From Ylistrum balloti (taxonomy: Eukaryota), in NCBI RefSeq assembly GCF_031769215.1, contig NW_026782889.1, positions 1 through 64,000 on the forward strand: a stretch of 64,000 bases of DNA, read 5' to 3'. Under the pieces are notes generated by a model. The model saw only the letters and a program-made list of their open reading frames with translations. It had not been told where the DNA came from and ran no database searches. Of the stretch, positions 38,201-51,019 are shown piece by piece (within the stretch, counting starts at the first letter, position 1; each line of letters begins with the position of its first letter). A program made the translations under genes and the position numbers.

Positions 38201-38737
38201 ATATAAAGTCAAACATATAGACATGATCGAGGCAGTGCAACGGATAGCAACAAAACAATTATCAGGATTTAAGGAACTAACTTATTCGGAAACACTGAAA
38301 CGCCTAAAATTACCAACATTGGCATTCAGGAGGATTCATGGGGATATGATTAAAGTCTTCAAAATTACGAACAATTTTTGCGATAGTAACGCTGCTGATT
38401 TCCTTAAATTGTGGATCGACAAAGGGGTCACTCCAAAAAACTTTACATGCGCTACTGTAAACTTGACATCAGGAAACATTCTTTTGTTTTGCGTGTGGTC
38501 AAAATATGGAATAATCTTCCGGAGTATATTGTATCGGCATCAACCGTTAACTCTTTCAAAAATAGATTAGATGAACACTTGGCAAATCAAGAACTGGTTT
38601 ATAATTATAAAGCAGAAATTCTGTAGTTCCTGGATCTGACGTCTCAAATGAGAATAATTATAATCGTTATCATTATATCACTGACACCGGTATAGAGGAT
38701 CGTAACGATCCTGCACTGGTAATAAACTAAACTAAAC
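35282..38737 (+). mobile_element. CR1-clade LINE, degenerate, with both ends apparently present and an internal deletion of most of the endonuclease
   Basis: ORF1 relic has a PHD-like CxxC...CxxC...CxxC and RERNIVVYGIPD. ORF2 relic has LDLVLTNEE...LGESDH, KSPGIDRLHP, QFGFMPGRST, YMDFQKAF, SGVP...GPTLF and FAADTKL. 3' (TAAAC)n tail, with AGT duplicated at 35279-35281 and 38738-38740. Confidence 0.92.
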
Positions 38738-39908
38738 AGTTCTCCCGCAACTTGCTGGTTTTCGAGTATTTATATCCTATGGCTATATCAACGCCACCTA
38801 GCGGTGAGAAATGATATAATCCCCAATACGTTCACTGGTGCTGCGCATACAACATCGGGAAATGGAGAATTCAGCTTATGAATGATAAAATATATCCATA
38901 ATAAAGCGATACACGCGCCTAAAACGTCAATTTTTGTTGTTTTTTTTTGTGTGCATATTTTCCGCGTCGGAACATTGTTTATCTTGACTGTTGTTTATAA
39001 ACATGTTCACGCTCGGTTTATTATGAAGAAAGCCGAGTGGGTCACATATGTATATTTTTTTTTTTAATTGTTTTATATTTACAAATCATGATGTTGCCTG
39101 TGAAAATGTAATAAATAAAATATTTAATTGCCAGTACACTGGTGCTGCGCACAACATGAAAAGCTACACGCACCTAAAACGTCAATTTTTGGTTTTTTTG
39201 TGTGTGCATATTTTCCGCGTCGGACCTTCAATTCATTGGTAAAGTGGGTCACATGGCTTGTCACGTGACGAATTCATTTACTTCCGTCGGAAAGGGAAAA
39301 AAAGGATTATGAGGAAAGTGTAACGCACGCAAATGTCTTATGTATGACACTTGCTTTTGCGCCTTTCTGTTCATTCTTGTTTACAGTAAATGATTCTATA
39401 GTGTTATGATATATAATTTTTAACAACCAATCTTAGTAATTCGTTTTGTTTTGGCTCTTCGTGCGATAATTATCTATGTCAATCGCGGGCGCTATACTAG
39501 TGGGACTCCAAAGGGGGTAATTACAATCAGAATAGAAAAAAACTCATTGTGCATAAATGCACAGGAATTTATGCTTTGTCGGTACACATTAATATTGTTT
39601 ACCATTCAACATGTGTTTATGTGTTTATTATGAAGGTTATATGTATTATCACGGTCTTTATACTTACAGCAACACAAGTACCGTCATATTTTTACACTTA
39701 CAACGAATACCCCCAATTGGGCCCCACTTTGCAGTCAACAACAAACACGTTGTCGATAGCAAATTCAAGCGAAAAACACAACTTTTTCATTTAATATTTA
39801 TCAGATAACACTTATAGTAGTGTTGTTCATAACATATTCACGCGTCAAACACTGGATATTGGATTATAATCAACGACAGGCGGATATGTTATAATTATAT
39901 GGCTCACG

Positions 39909-40121
39909 TTAAGCTAAGCAGTCTAGCAGCAGCTTCGCAAATTCCGAATCCGTATTCAGTCCAAGATCACCCTTCATCTTTCGCCATCTATCGATCTCCT
40001 GTCTTATATGAATTCTTACCTGTCCTCTTTTCTGGTCTGACTCCATCATCTTACGCTTTTTGTCACTTTCTGTAAGGTAACTTTTAGGTCCTTATCGCCT
40101 TTTCGTATTTGCGTTCGACAT
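39909..40121 (-). pseudogene. Short orphan ORF relic (70 codons, one in-frame stop), possibly from a DNA transposon
   Basis: Manual translation: MSNANTKRR*GPKSYLTESDKKRKMMESDQKRGQVRIHIRQEIDRWRKMKGDLGLNTDSEFAKLLLDCLA*. Strongly protein-like; family not confirmed. Confidence 0.5.
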
Positions 40122-42912
40122 ATTGCTTCTTTCTAGGCTTATACGCATGCGCAGCATCAGGGCTACGAGCAGTAATGTATGAATTTGATCAAGACCACAC
40201 TGTTTACATTCTTTAACATTATAGTCGCTTTAGTTTTTGTTGTTTACGGATACACATTATATATACATTATACATGTAAACATTAAATTGACGTCTCTTT
40301 ACGTCACAGCAGATAAATCATCTAAAATCTTTCACCGATCAGCAAGGAAACTTTATTTTCATTTCTTCTATTTTACTCTCATTTTTTCATTCATATTGTA
40401 AACAAAAATATCTGCTCAAGGAAATGTTAAGTGTTGTGTCTGTAAGCCAGGCGACCCAGTTTGTAAAGATCAGGACCTGTCACGTATGTACCCGTATACA
40501 GGTAAACGTTTGCTACCCGAGGCAACACTACTCAACACAGTCTGAGGTGTGAAACTATATACGATCAGACTAATAAATGCAGGTCAAGCGTTATTTAAAA
40601 AAAATGTCGAATTAAAAAACCTGATTGATTGTATTGTGTGCGTGTGCGCGCATGATCTCCGGACTATGTGCGTAGGAAGTTTTGATACTATATGTATATT
40701 CATTTCTAAGTACATTTTAATTAAAAAAAAACAAACAAAATGGCCACCATGAAGTCATATCCGTTTTTATCTAAATTGCTATAAACTTCATAACGACACG
40801 TCATGTTGAATTCAGCTGTAAAAATGTTTTGTAAAATAATAAAGAACAGAAAAACATATTTATTATTCACCTAGAACTTCCGACACATGGCACAGCCATT
40901 GATGAACATGCTAGAGTGGATAATAATCTACAGAGACTAGAGTCTTCATATTTGATATATAAGAAGCTCAGGTCATCGGTTTTTAAGTTTATAAATATAA
41001 ATGTGATATTTGGTCCGATGCATATAGAGACCAATGGACATCGATAGTAATAAGGAAACGAATAGTGCAATATCAACTTTGGTTAACATTCAGAAATGCA
41101 ATTTTGAATAACAAAAACTTCTCACGAACTACAGGATATGGTATTTGATAAGTAAAACGTCCATGTATTTGTGTATGAAACTTGATAACATGAATAATTT
41201 TCCTCCCCCCTGCCAAGTCACAAATCATGAAATGGATTCTTATCAATAACAAAGAGAAACAATGTGGCGTTATTTGTTCAGTTGCATACTGCGACCAATT
41301 GCTATCAACAATAGTACGAAAAACATTGTGCTTGGTCAACTTCAATTCTTCTATTTAGGTCAATATTCAAAAGTGTTTTTTATGTTATCAAATATTGAAG
41401 AACTTCTCAAGATACTCATTGTCTAAAATGTTGATATTTCACATGTTAGATGTCCAGGTCATTAGATATCAGGTTGACTAATATGAATGACTTTAATTTC
41501 AAGGTCACATGGATCAAGTTTGTAAAATCTCAATGGTTTATTTTCAATAACCAAAAGGTACAAGATGATGGTATTTGGTCAGTTGTATATTGCAATCAAA
41601 TAATAATGATGGTTGTGAACAAATAAAATGTCAAAGGTCAACTTCTGGTTTTCAGAAAGGGTCACATTTAGAATCGTTTAGCGCAAATCCATCATCTGAA
41701 ATTGCACAGTCTAGAGTCTGGGTGTTATATAAATCACTTGAGTGGTTGGTCATCACGTTTGTGGAAATAATTCAACTTAGGGTAAGAGGTCGAATATAGG
41801 TGAAAACTGCGTCAAATTGTTGGCTCATCATTTCTAGTTGACTTTGAATTATGATGATGGCATGTTGGCATTTTCTTTTTATTTAGAATACATCAAGTGT
41901 TTATTCTCTGTTTTGTTTTTTAATCCGCTTTCTTACTTTTATAGGAAACTGTTGAATACTTGAATACATCATTCATTCATTTGATGTTCTAATTAATACC
42001 CCCAATTATTGTATCGTGCGTCACCGTGCCCTAATATACTGTTATTTATAAATACTTATTACAGCTTAACTCGGAATGATAATGCCATTGATAACTACCC
42101 TGATGACAATTGTTAAAAAAGGAAGTTTTGTAGAAAGTATTTAGCATAGAATGAGGGAATGATTCTTGCAGACATGTTGATCAAAGACACTCTAATTAAA
42201 TGTTGATTTGTGTCACGGTTTTGTGTTTAGACTGTTGATCCTTGAAACTAGTGGAATCGACATAAGGAAGAAATTCATCTTACGAATTAAAATAACATCT
42301 GTGTGTTGTCGAATTAATTATTACACAACAACACAGGAAGGATTTTAAACAGAGTGTTACGTTGTTTTTTTGTAAGAATCAGTACAACATTTTTGGATGA
42401 AGGTTTGACTTGTTTTGCATTTACGTCTAAACGATAGACAATCTTGACGTCATAAAAACGTGTGCATTAATGTTTAGCTTCTTGAACTACTTCCAACAGT
42501 GATGAAAAAAAGTGCTTTTTCCCCCAAATGTTTTAGGGAAAACATGACAACAATTTGGTCCTTTAGATAGGTTTTAATGGTATAAAATTCTTGTCTAGGA
42601 AAGCGAATCATTATCTGGTTGAAACAAATAAAAGCAAGTGTAAAAATCTTGTTTGGCAAACACAAATATCCTTTTGATCCCGTTATATCAATTTGAAAAC
42701 TGACAGCTCAGGCGAGATACCCAATAATTAACAAATTTGGAATAAACGATGACGAAAATTGATGATACTGATAATATCTAACATTATGAAATCATCAAAT
42801 ATTCTTTTTAATTATCATAGTTCGTTTATCAGTTGTCAAGACCTATCTTATTATCAATAATCTTTTGTACGGACAAAAGTCTTCACGGCTATCACACATG
42901 CACACGTGGTAA

Positions 42913-43055
42913 TCAACGTACTCTATGACGCTTCCTCCAAATTGCTGATGCCGTGTATAAGAAAGGGTTGATGGCGGCATTGACTGGCAGCACAAATACC
43001 ATTACCCAGGCATAGGCATCATTCGGAATCTCGTATCCACTTTTTGACATCACAC
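42913..43055 (-). CDS. LGR type-C GPCR copy 2, exon 3
   Basis: Same sequence as 15590-15732. Acceptor cag at 43058-43056, TGA at 42915-42913. Confidence 0.9.
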
Positions 43056-43477
43056 CTGAAAAAATAGTATTGTTTGACACTTATCTTGAGTATTCATCCT
43101 ACATTAGGACAACTGATGGTATACATCGAATAGAAGTTTTATTATCAATTAATGATATTAATTATATGTGGTAATTCCTGATCTAAGCATGAAATCTTTA
43201 GTTTTCGTACTTACGGAACCATCGTCTTTCACGACTTCCGCGAGTCACTCAAACTCTTATATGACCATTTGTTTATGTGTGTTATTTCTGGTTACTTTAT
43301 ACAGATGCACTTTTGTCGGAATGTGTGTATATAACAATATATCTAAATTCTTATAAAAGTGACCTGATGGTCGTCGTCAATGACGTTTGGTTTATTGCTG
43401 GAAAGAAACTCAATTGAGAACGTTATAATTCAAAGCTTTGTTCTACATTTCGTAATGCGATAAGATAAGTTATTTAC

Positions 43478-45343
43478 CCATGACTCCAATAGGAAACCAG
43501 CAGCAAAAGTCTGTCGCCACCACCAAGAAGAGGGTTTTAGCTACCGTCAGGTCTCGTTGTCGAGTCTGTGATGAAGCTACCCGACCCCCACCACTTGTTA
43601 CAAGGCTTTTAAACATGCAGAGTTGGCCTATGGCGATGATAACGAAAATGAAACTGTTCAGGCAAACAAACACTGCAAAAGAATAACCCGAACCAGGTTG
43701 TTCGTCACGTGTCAGTGGTAAGGCAAGACACACTCCTGACTGAGAATAATATTCTCCCTTGAAGTAGAATTGCATAGAAACAACAGGGATGACAGCGATT
43801 GTGATAGCAACCAACCACAGGAAAAATGAGATGATGCATGCTTGCTTCCCGGATATATTTCGCCGAGAAAGACGAGACATAGGAAATACTATGACAATTA
43901 CTCTGTCTATTGTCACCATAAGAATCAGAAACGTCGACATTTCACTAGATATATTCGACAGGATTCCAGCTATGGTACATACAATATTGTTTCTCCAATC
44001 CTGATCATTCCACGCATATACATCTCGATAATGTATATCAAATGATCCTATAATCATGAGATAGATACTCATGAGAAAATCAGACATACTTAAATTCAAT
44101 ACAAAAATCGAATAACTTGTTGTAATATTATCTCTATCGATAAGAAGTCGGTAAAACATGACAGTAAAATTCCCAATTAAAGAGCAAAAGCCAATAATCC
44201 AGAGAAAAACTCTAAGTAAATCTGAACCTATCAAATTTTTACACGAGGATATCACATCTCCTTCTGATTTGCAGGCTGCTTCTTCAAACCAGCAATGCAT
44301 TAATTTAGATGGATCCTTTAGACACTTATCGTCAGGAACCGACTTAGGTTTAACACAACACATAAAAGGAGTGTCTGTCAGCAAAACAGTCAGATTGTCT
44401 AAACCTTCAAACATGTGTTGCTTAACTTCCAGTTTGTTACCAATGATATTCAAAGTATATAAAATACTAGAATTAGTGAATGTACCCGCAGGCAAAGTTG
44501 CAAAATTATTGTATGATATATCGAGCATTTCAACAGAAGGAGGTAACATAGGTAGAACAGATAAGAAATTTCCGTTAAGTATAATTATCCTTATATTAAA
44601 AAAACCAGTAAATGAATAGTCAGAAAGGGACAGTATCCGATCGTTTCCGAGGGACAGGTACATAAGGTATTGAAGCTCATTAAACAGGTTATCAAGTAGA
44701 ACTGATATCTGATTGTTAGATAAGTCCAAATACATAAGATCAGGGAGACCGCTAAACACAGAGTCTGGTAGAACTGATATCTGATTTCTAGATAAGTCCA
44801 AATGTTCAAGAACAGGGAGACCACTAAACACAGAATCAGGTAGAACTGATATATGATTACTAGATAAGTTCAAATACACAAGATCAGTGAGACCATGAAA
44901 TGTATCTATTGATAACTGATTTATCTTATTATATGATAAATCTAGATGTACAATACTTGGCATGTCACCGAACATGCCTTCAGGAAGTAACACAATGCCG
45001 TTATTAGATAGATTTAATGACCTGAGGCTTTGTAAACCTTTGCTGAATGTTTTGTACACATTGTATTTATCTTTAATGACTAAATAAGTAATCTTCGATA
45101 GTTGTTGTAATTCCGGAGATAGTAAATGGTTCCACGTGGTTTTGGAAGGGAAGCGTGCAGTCGCCAAGAAAGGGTCGCTGAAGTTGACTGTGAGACCAAT
45201 ACACATACAAATTGGTTGGCACGGATGGACACATGCAGACTCGTCATCGGAATCTGGACATTGGATTTTATTGTCACATACTTGTTGTAGAGGAATGGTG
45301 TGTCCGTTAGGGCAGTGATGTATTCCTGCACAATTGTATAGTC
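43478..45343 (-). CDS. LGR type-C GPCR copy 2, exon 2 (LDLa, LRRs, hinge, TM1-TM6)
   Basis: ORF track 43470..45206, extended to acceptor tttcag at 45346-45344, which gives GLYNCAGIHHCPNG... Donor G|gtaaat at 43478. Confidence 0.93.
44698..44915 (-). repeat. 72-bp LRR-encoding tandem repeat inside copy 2 exon 2
   Basis: Same 72-bp period as in copy 1. Confidence 0.85.
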
Positions 45344-47259
45344 CTGAAACAAGGACGATTTAATGTACTTGCATACAAAATCAATGATCGACGACGATAC
45401 CGATGATCTGTTTTAAATATACAACACAGTATCAACCCTGTACACTACAGACATACACTTAATATCAAAAAGTTTGATATTCAACCTAGTAAGCAGTACG
45501 TCTCCATTAGAAATAATATGCGTCAATTACCGTATATAGCGAGAAGACAACTGATAATGTACACATGACGTGATGTTTGTCTATTTTTGGATGTCTGATT
45601 ATTTTCATGTTAATGTAATTGAAATAAATCGAAATATTTTAAAGTATAATTTATGTTTTCATCACAGTGAAATAATCATCTTTCACACCTACCACAGTTG
45701 TTGTCTTCTGTTTCCTGTCTCTGGCATCGGTTGTCACATCTGTAGCTGACGTGCTGACAGAACGTATAAGGACACTTGACCTTCTCAGTAAAGCCATGTC
45801 CTTCTCTTCCTAATGTAAAGATGTGAAATGAAGTTATTGTACTCGATGATTTAACAGGAATAAAACTCTGATTTCACGTAAATTAACGTGTCGAATGAAA
45901 GAATTAAAACGAAGAATCATCAATCTAATAAGAATCAATAATCGATCAAAAATCTGCGATGATCGATGCCTTTCACAAATAGTACGTTCATATAGAGACA
46001 TGTTTATTTATAACTTCTGAGATATATTCCCATGCTCAGGATTCTTGCTGCGAGTAGCATTCAAACGCCGAATAAATAACGTGATTCATCTTCCTCTACT
46101 CGAAGTAAATTTTAGAACGTGTCTTCTTGAGGTTTCGACGTAATTTACAATTTTCATTTAGGCGAGGTATACGCACGATCAATTTGTGGACGGAGAGGAT
46201 ATAGTTTTACTATCGCATTCAACTGCTCAATCAAGCGTTTTATTCCATATCGAATTATTAGGAAGTAAATATTGATAATGGGTTTTTTCATATTCAATAA
46301 TAACAATGTCGTTTTGTAATGTTCTTGTCTTAAAAGGAGATAACAAGTTTCTTTTTCTTTTTGATATACTTTTTTATTTTTATTTTTACAAACATTCGTG
46401 ATGCTAATTTAACAAAATATATGAAAGCTTACAATTTTTTGGGGTAAAGTCACTTATTGCTCTTATATAGACACGATTAAAGGACAAAGAACATTATTTC
46501 CCAACTAATATGACGTAATGATAGTAGAAAATCACGAGACTCCACCCCTCCCCTACACCTACGTGTCTGACCTACGAGATACACCAAGCAATAAAGGATT
46601 CTTCTTAATATGCATTTTGAGTGGACGAAAACGAGGCTGATAGACTTGCTACGTTACTTGGGCTCTCCTGTCGATATTCGGCCACTATAATGCTAGTACA
46701 CAAAGTCATGAATCAGAAAAAACAACTTTTCTATTCAATATTCTTCATTCATTACTAACTCACTAAGATTGTTTGTTTGATATTTGTAAATAAAATAGTA
46801 AAAAGCGTTAGGATAAGAATACATGTGTAAAATATCTGTTTACACTGATCATGTTTACGGAAAAATATTTTTTTTTCAAATCATCTTATGCCAGAAAAAA
46901 ACAAAAACGAACAGAATAGTTTATAGTTATTGTTGTCAACGGTTAAGTGTGAAGTGATCGGTTGGTGCATTTGACTTAGCACTGTAAACACGATGACGTC
47001 AAAATTGAGGAACGTGCAGATAATAGTCATATGTAATATTTTACCGTATTGTTATTATAAGAAAAGAAAAACTATTTTCAGTTCCCCCATTTCTGTGAAT
47101 GTTTTAAAATTTCAGGTAACTAAGACAGAATGTGAATAAAATTACAAAGAGACTGATGAACAAGTGAAAGGAGATTAAGACCAAATATTACGGAAGAGTA
47201 ACTGTTTTCTGCTTCATCGACGACTCCCGTCATGTAAACCTATGTCAATCCAAGTAAGT

Positions 47260-47650
47260 AATGTCACATTCTCAAATGATAGCGATGTATACAACCACGG
47301 AACCAACAGGGAAACTTAAAAGCTTCACAACAACAAAAGAGATTGTATATTTCTCGACTGGGTCACTATGTGGACCATAAACCTTCCCCATAGTTTTCAT
47401 CAATCTGAATCTTTTAAAAACCTGTGTTACGAGATTGTCCGTCCGTTGAAGACGTCTTGATCAAAGCAAAAACAAAATCGTGATAATTGGAACAGGCCTT
47501 TGAATATTGAATTAACTGTGACATGTAAATATCATGGGTTTGGGATGCAGGTATAGTGCTATCCAGAAATAGAAAGTTCACAATAGTGAAATTCAAATAA
47601 TTAAGCATACAGTTTGGTGAAGTCTTCCATTGTATGAACATATCAAAGAT
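47260..47650 (-). mobile_element. Penelope-like RT relic in LGR copy 2 intron 1
   Basis: ORF track 47414..47710 contains LNFTIVNFLFLDSTIPASQTHDIYMSQLIQYSKACSNYHDF. Confidence 0.55.
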
Positions 47651-49436
47651 ACAATTATACCTATCTCCACTTGAAAGATAACTTCTGAGGAATCTATTGT
47701 CACATGCCAATGCCTCTCCACGATGTCCGTCGTTTTATCGATCTACTTTTGTAAACAACTACCTTTACCATTCAGAGAAAGACGTTAAGAATTTCAGGTA
47801 TTACACGAATAATCAATATACTCTACAATTTAGACAGATTATCCATGCAGTGTAGCCTACATCTTGACCCGCATCTATTAAACACTAGAATGGAAAGTAG
47901 GCGGAACCTCTACGTCATCAATGGTTGAAGGGAGCGATTTGATTGACTAAACACGTGTGAGGGACCGTTTCGAACAGAAATACAAAGATAATTAAAGCAA
48001 GAATCCGCATGACATTGCATAATCAACAGCCCGGTGACAAAATCAAGATATTAGCTATATTCACCCGACAACATTCTGTTAGAACAAATAAGACGATAAG
48101 TTGATAAAAATATCAACGCTCAACAATTATCTTTATACCACTTTCCAGTGTACATGTAGTATGTTTAATACGTCACATGTGACAATACAGTTGACGTCAT
48201 CAATCCATGAATAAAGTCAACGTTTGCCTGGTCCTTATGTTCCTATTAAAAGTATAATTCATTATAAAAAACACAAATTATGAAAATTATAAAAAGTCAG
48301 GCGGCTCCCTTTGTTGATCATTCCAAGTATCTACTCATATGTTGCCAAGCAGAGACAGTTGAAATCATGCCATTGTTTAGTTTTAGACTGAAGCATCTTT
48401 CTCACTCTTCAAAAAAACTTTTTGGTGACTACGATTTTGAGATCCTAATATCAAAGTGAAAACATTGGCAATTCTCTGTTATTCCAACATATTTGTATTT
48501 AAAAAGGGATTTGTTTTAAAAATTATAGGCACGGCAATAAAATTAAATCCTTTCTCGTGTTGGCTTATTAAACCGTACAAAATATATGTTATATTTCTTC
48601 TTTTCCGCTGATCTCTTCAACATCTGTATCCATTGTTCAATACTAAACAATCCAGCAAAATCACGAGTAGACAAACATATTATTTTTCATACATTTAAAG
48701 CAGGTATCAAATTAACGACATAAAAATGGATATACTACAATACTGTTCAATATGATTCTAGAATGTAAAGCACGAGTATATATGTGTTAAAGTATCGTGA
48801 GCACGACTGCTAGATAAAATTGCACATTTTGTGCAGTTTAGTAAATATAGTTGACTAGTATTACGGAATAAACATTAAACGGAAGACATGTGTAGTTATA
48901 ACAAAATAACGATCACACGAATATTACAACTAATTGGTTATAAACACAACACATAAGATTTACCTAGTATTTAGTATATTATTTTGTTTACAATAATATA
49001 GAAGTAATGAAAATAAAATGACCTTTGTAGCGGTAAGAGATTCATTGCCGAGACAAAAGGAGATGTCCATTTAATGTTTACATATATAATGTATATATAA
49101 TGAGTGTCCTTACACTAAAGCTGGTCCAGTTTTTCTGCATCGTGCGCAAATCGCACATCTTGTTACGTTGTGTGATACCACAACTGTATAAGTGCACTTT
49201 AGAAATAATACCTTTATAATACCAACATATAGAAATGTCACTTTACATTAGTCTGTGTGATAAGTGAACTGATTGGCTGAACCAGCAGTTCTAAAGCCAT
49301 ATATAGCTCATACAATTACCTAGTTCTTTGTAATACTAGTTTCACTTATAAATTGATGCCGTATATACTTAAATAGCCATGAGATAATTGTTCACTTTTC
49401 TTTAGGACACAATCGCTGAACCTATGATAATATTAC

Positions 49437-49665
49437 CTTTTGTACATTCCTGTGCTGACAGTGGCTCCGTCTGGACGACAGAACATTTTCTTTTGATGTT
49501 TTCGATGGCATCAGCAAGTCTTTCATCAAACATTTTATTCTTTCCTTGGTTGAGGTCACGAACAAAATTCTGCCTCTCGCCTAAGTGTTTCATTGAGTAT
49601 GCGCCATGGTTTAATTCACAAATGATTGCAATAAAATATGGCACCAAAAGCTTGAAAACGTTCAT
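49437..49665 (-). CDS. LGR type-C GPCR copy 2, exon 1
   Basis: Paralogous to 22561-22798, with a 9-nt in-frame deletion (STH) and RRKR changed to KRKC. Donor aaag|gtaata at 49437/49436. Total CDS is 229+1866+143=2238 nt. Confidence 0.8.
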
Positions 49666-50849
49666 AGTGAAGTACTCTTAATCATAAATGTAGCCTTGAT
49701 GGAGTTAAATGAGTTAAAACAGTTTATGTTAAAACGCATGTAAACATGTAACAGATGAATATATCAGCGTCCTGTATAGGGTACCATTGCAATGGTCACG
49801 TACTGTTAGCAACGTCCCGGGCGCTTGCTTTTAAACATATCAATGATTAATATCTAAGCATATTCGCCAGAAATGATGGATATTAATTTTGTTCATTTGA
49901 CATATTAAAGCCATTGGCTTATTTTGATAAAAATATATAATCTGCCTACAAAGCTATTAGATGGTTAGAGGCGTGCGGAGTGTCCTATTGTTGGTGGAAA
50001 CCGGAGTACCTGCGGAAGACCCACGTGGACGAGCAGGTCATCATATACAATTTTCACGTCCGCTCTGGGAGAATCGAACATGTTAATAAGGACACATATT
50101 AATAGGTGATCTAAGCTTATTTCATAAGGAATGTAAAAAGATTAGTTGAAATAAAAACAAAAACAAAAATAAATAAATAAAGATGATAATAATGATGTGC
50201 TGTTATTTACCTTAACAAAGTAACAAAGTACTTGATAAAAAACGTCTATTAAGAATGATAAGTAAGAAAAGTGATAGGACAGATGTAAATTCTAAAACCA
50301 TACGTCAGTCATTATGTAAATGGGTAAAACAGGTGTAAGTGCTCTTTTCATTACATTCCAGTTCAGTTGTTGTCAGGACTTATATTTCAATCATACACTT
50401 GTAATGACGATACTTTCACAATGCGTGCACAATAGAATAATTGGACGAAATTTGTTATAAAACAGAGTACATGTTTGTCCGCACGGTGTGGCGACCTATA
50501 AAACATCTTGTTGAAATAGATTAAGAAATGACCTGCGAACACATGTGGTGTAGGGGTTATCTATTTTCGTGGTATATATGAGTATAACTATGTATATTTC
50601 CTAAGCCATATATCTATAGGTTAGGCACATGTAGATCTATCACGTAAATACTAGTTATATATACTTAATATTTATATTTATTTATATTTAAGAATAGTTA
50701 GTTTACATGTGACCAGTCTTAGTATACTGTCATGCATATCGTATAAGTATTATCTATGTTAGCACTATACGAACGTCTCTTTTTGTTTCGGAAATTAATT
50801 ATCCAAAATCCCATACGTCAGATAGGAAATTTCATTTTCATTACTCTCA

Positions 50850-51010
50850 TTTTTATACGCCTGTCGAAAGACGGACGTATTATGGTATGGCGCTGTCCGT
50901 CCGTCGTAAACTTTTGTTTGTCCGGAGATCTCCAACATTTTTCAGCAGATCTTTATGAAACTTTGTAGGCTTAATCACCATGATATGAAATGGTGTTTTC
51001 CTGAATGGGG
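50850..51010 (+). mobile_element. HINE-like element, unit 2 copy (shorter)
   Basis: tttttatacgcctgtcgaaagacggacgtattatggtatggcgctgtccgtccgtc, paralogous to 23954. Confidence 0.6.
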
Positions 51011-51019
51011 TTTTAATTA

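Larger units (their letters stand above)
24210..51010. repeat. Tandem segmental duplication, unit 2 (about 26.8 kb including unit-specific insertions)
   Basis: Collinear with unit 1. The extra length comes from the solo LTR, the 32.07-40.25 kb insertion complex and the longer 20-bp array. Confidence 0.9.

Noticed and set aside
15590-49665. Assigning the symbol GRL101 or RXFP1/2
   Set aside because: The architecture fits type-C LGRs, but GRL101 proper has many LDLa modules and orthology cannot be judged without a phylogeny.
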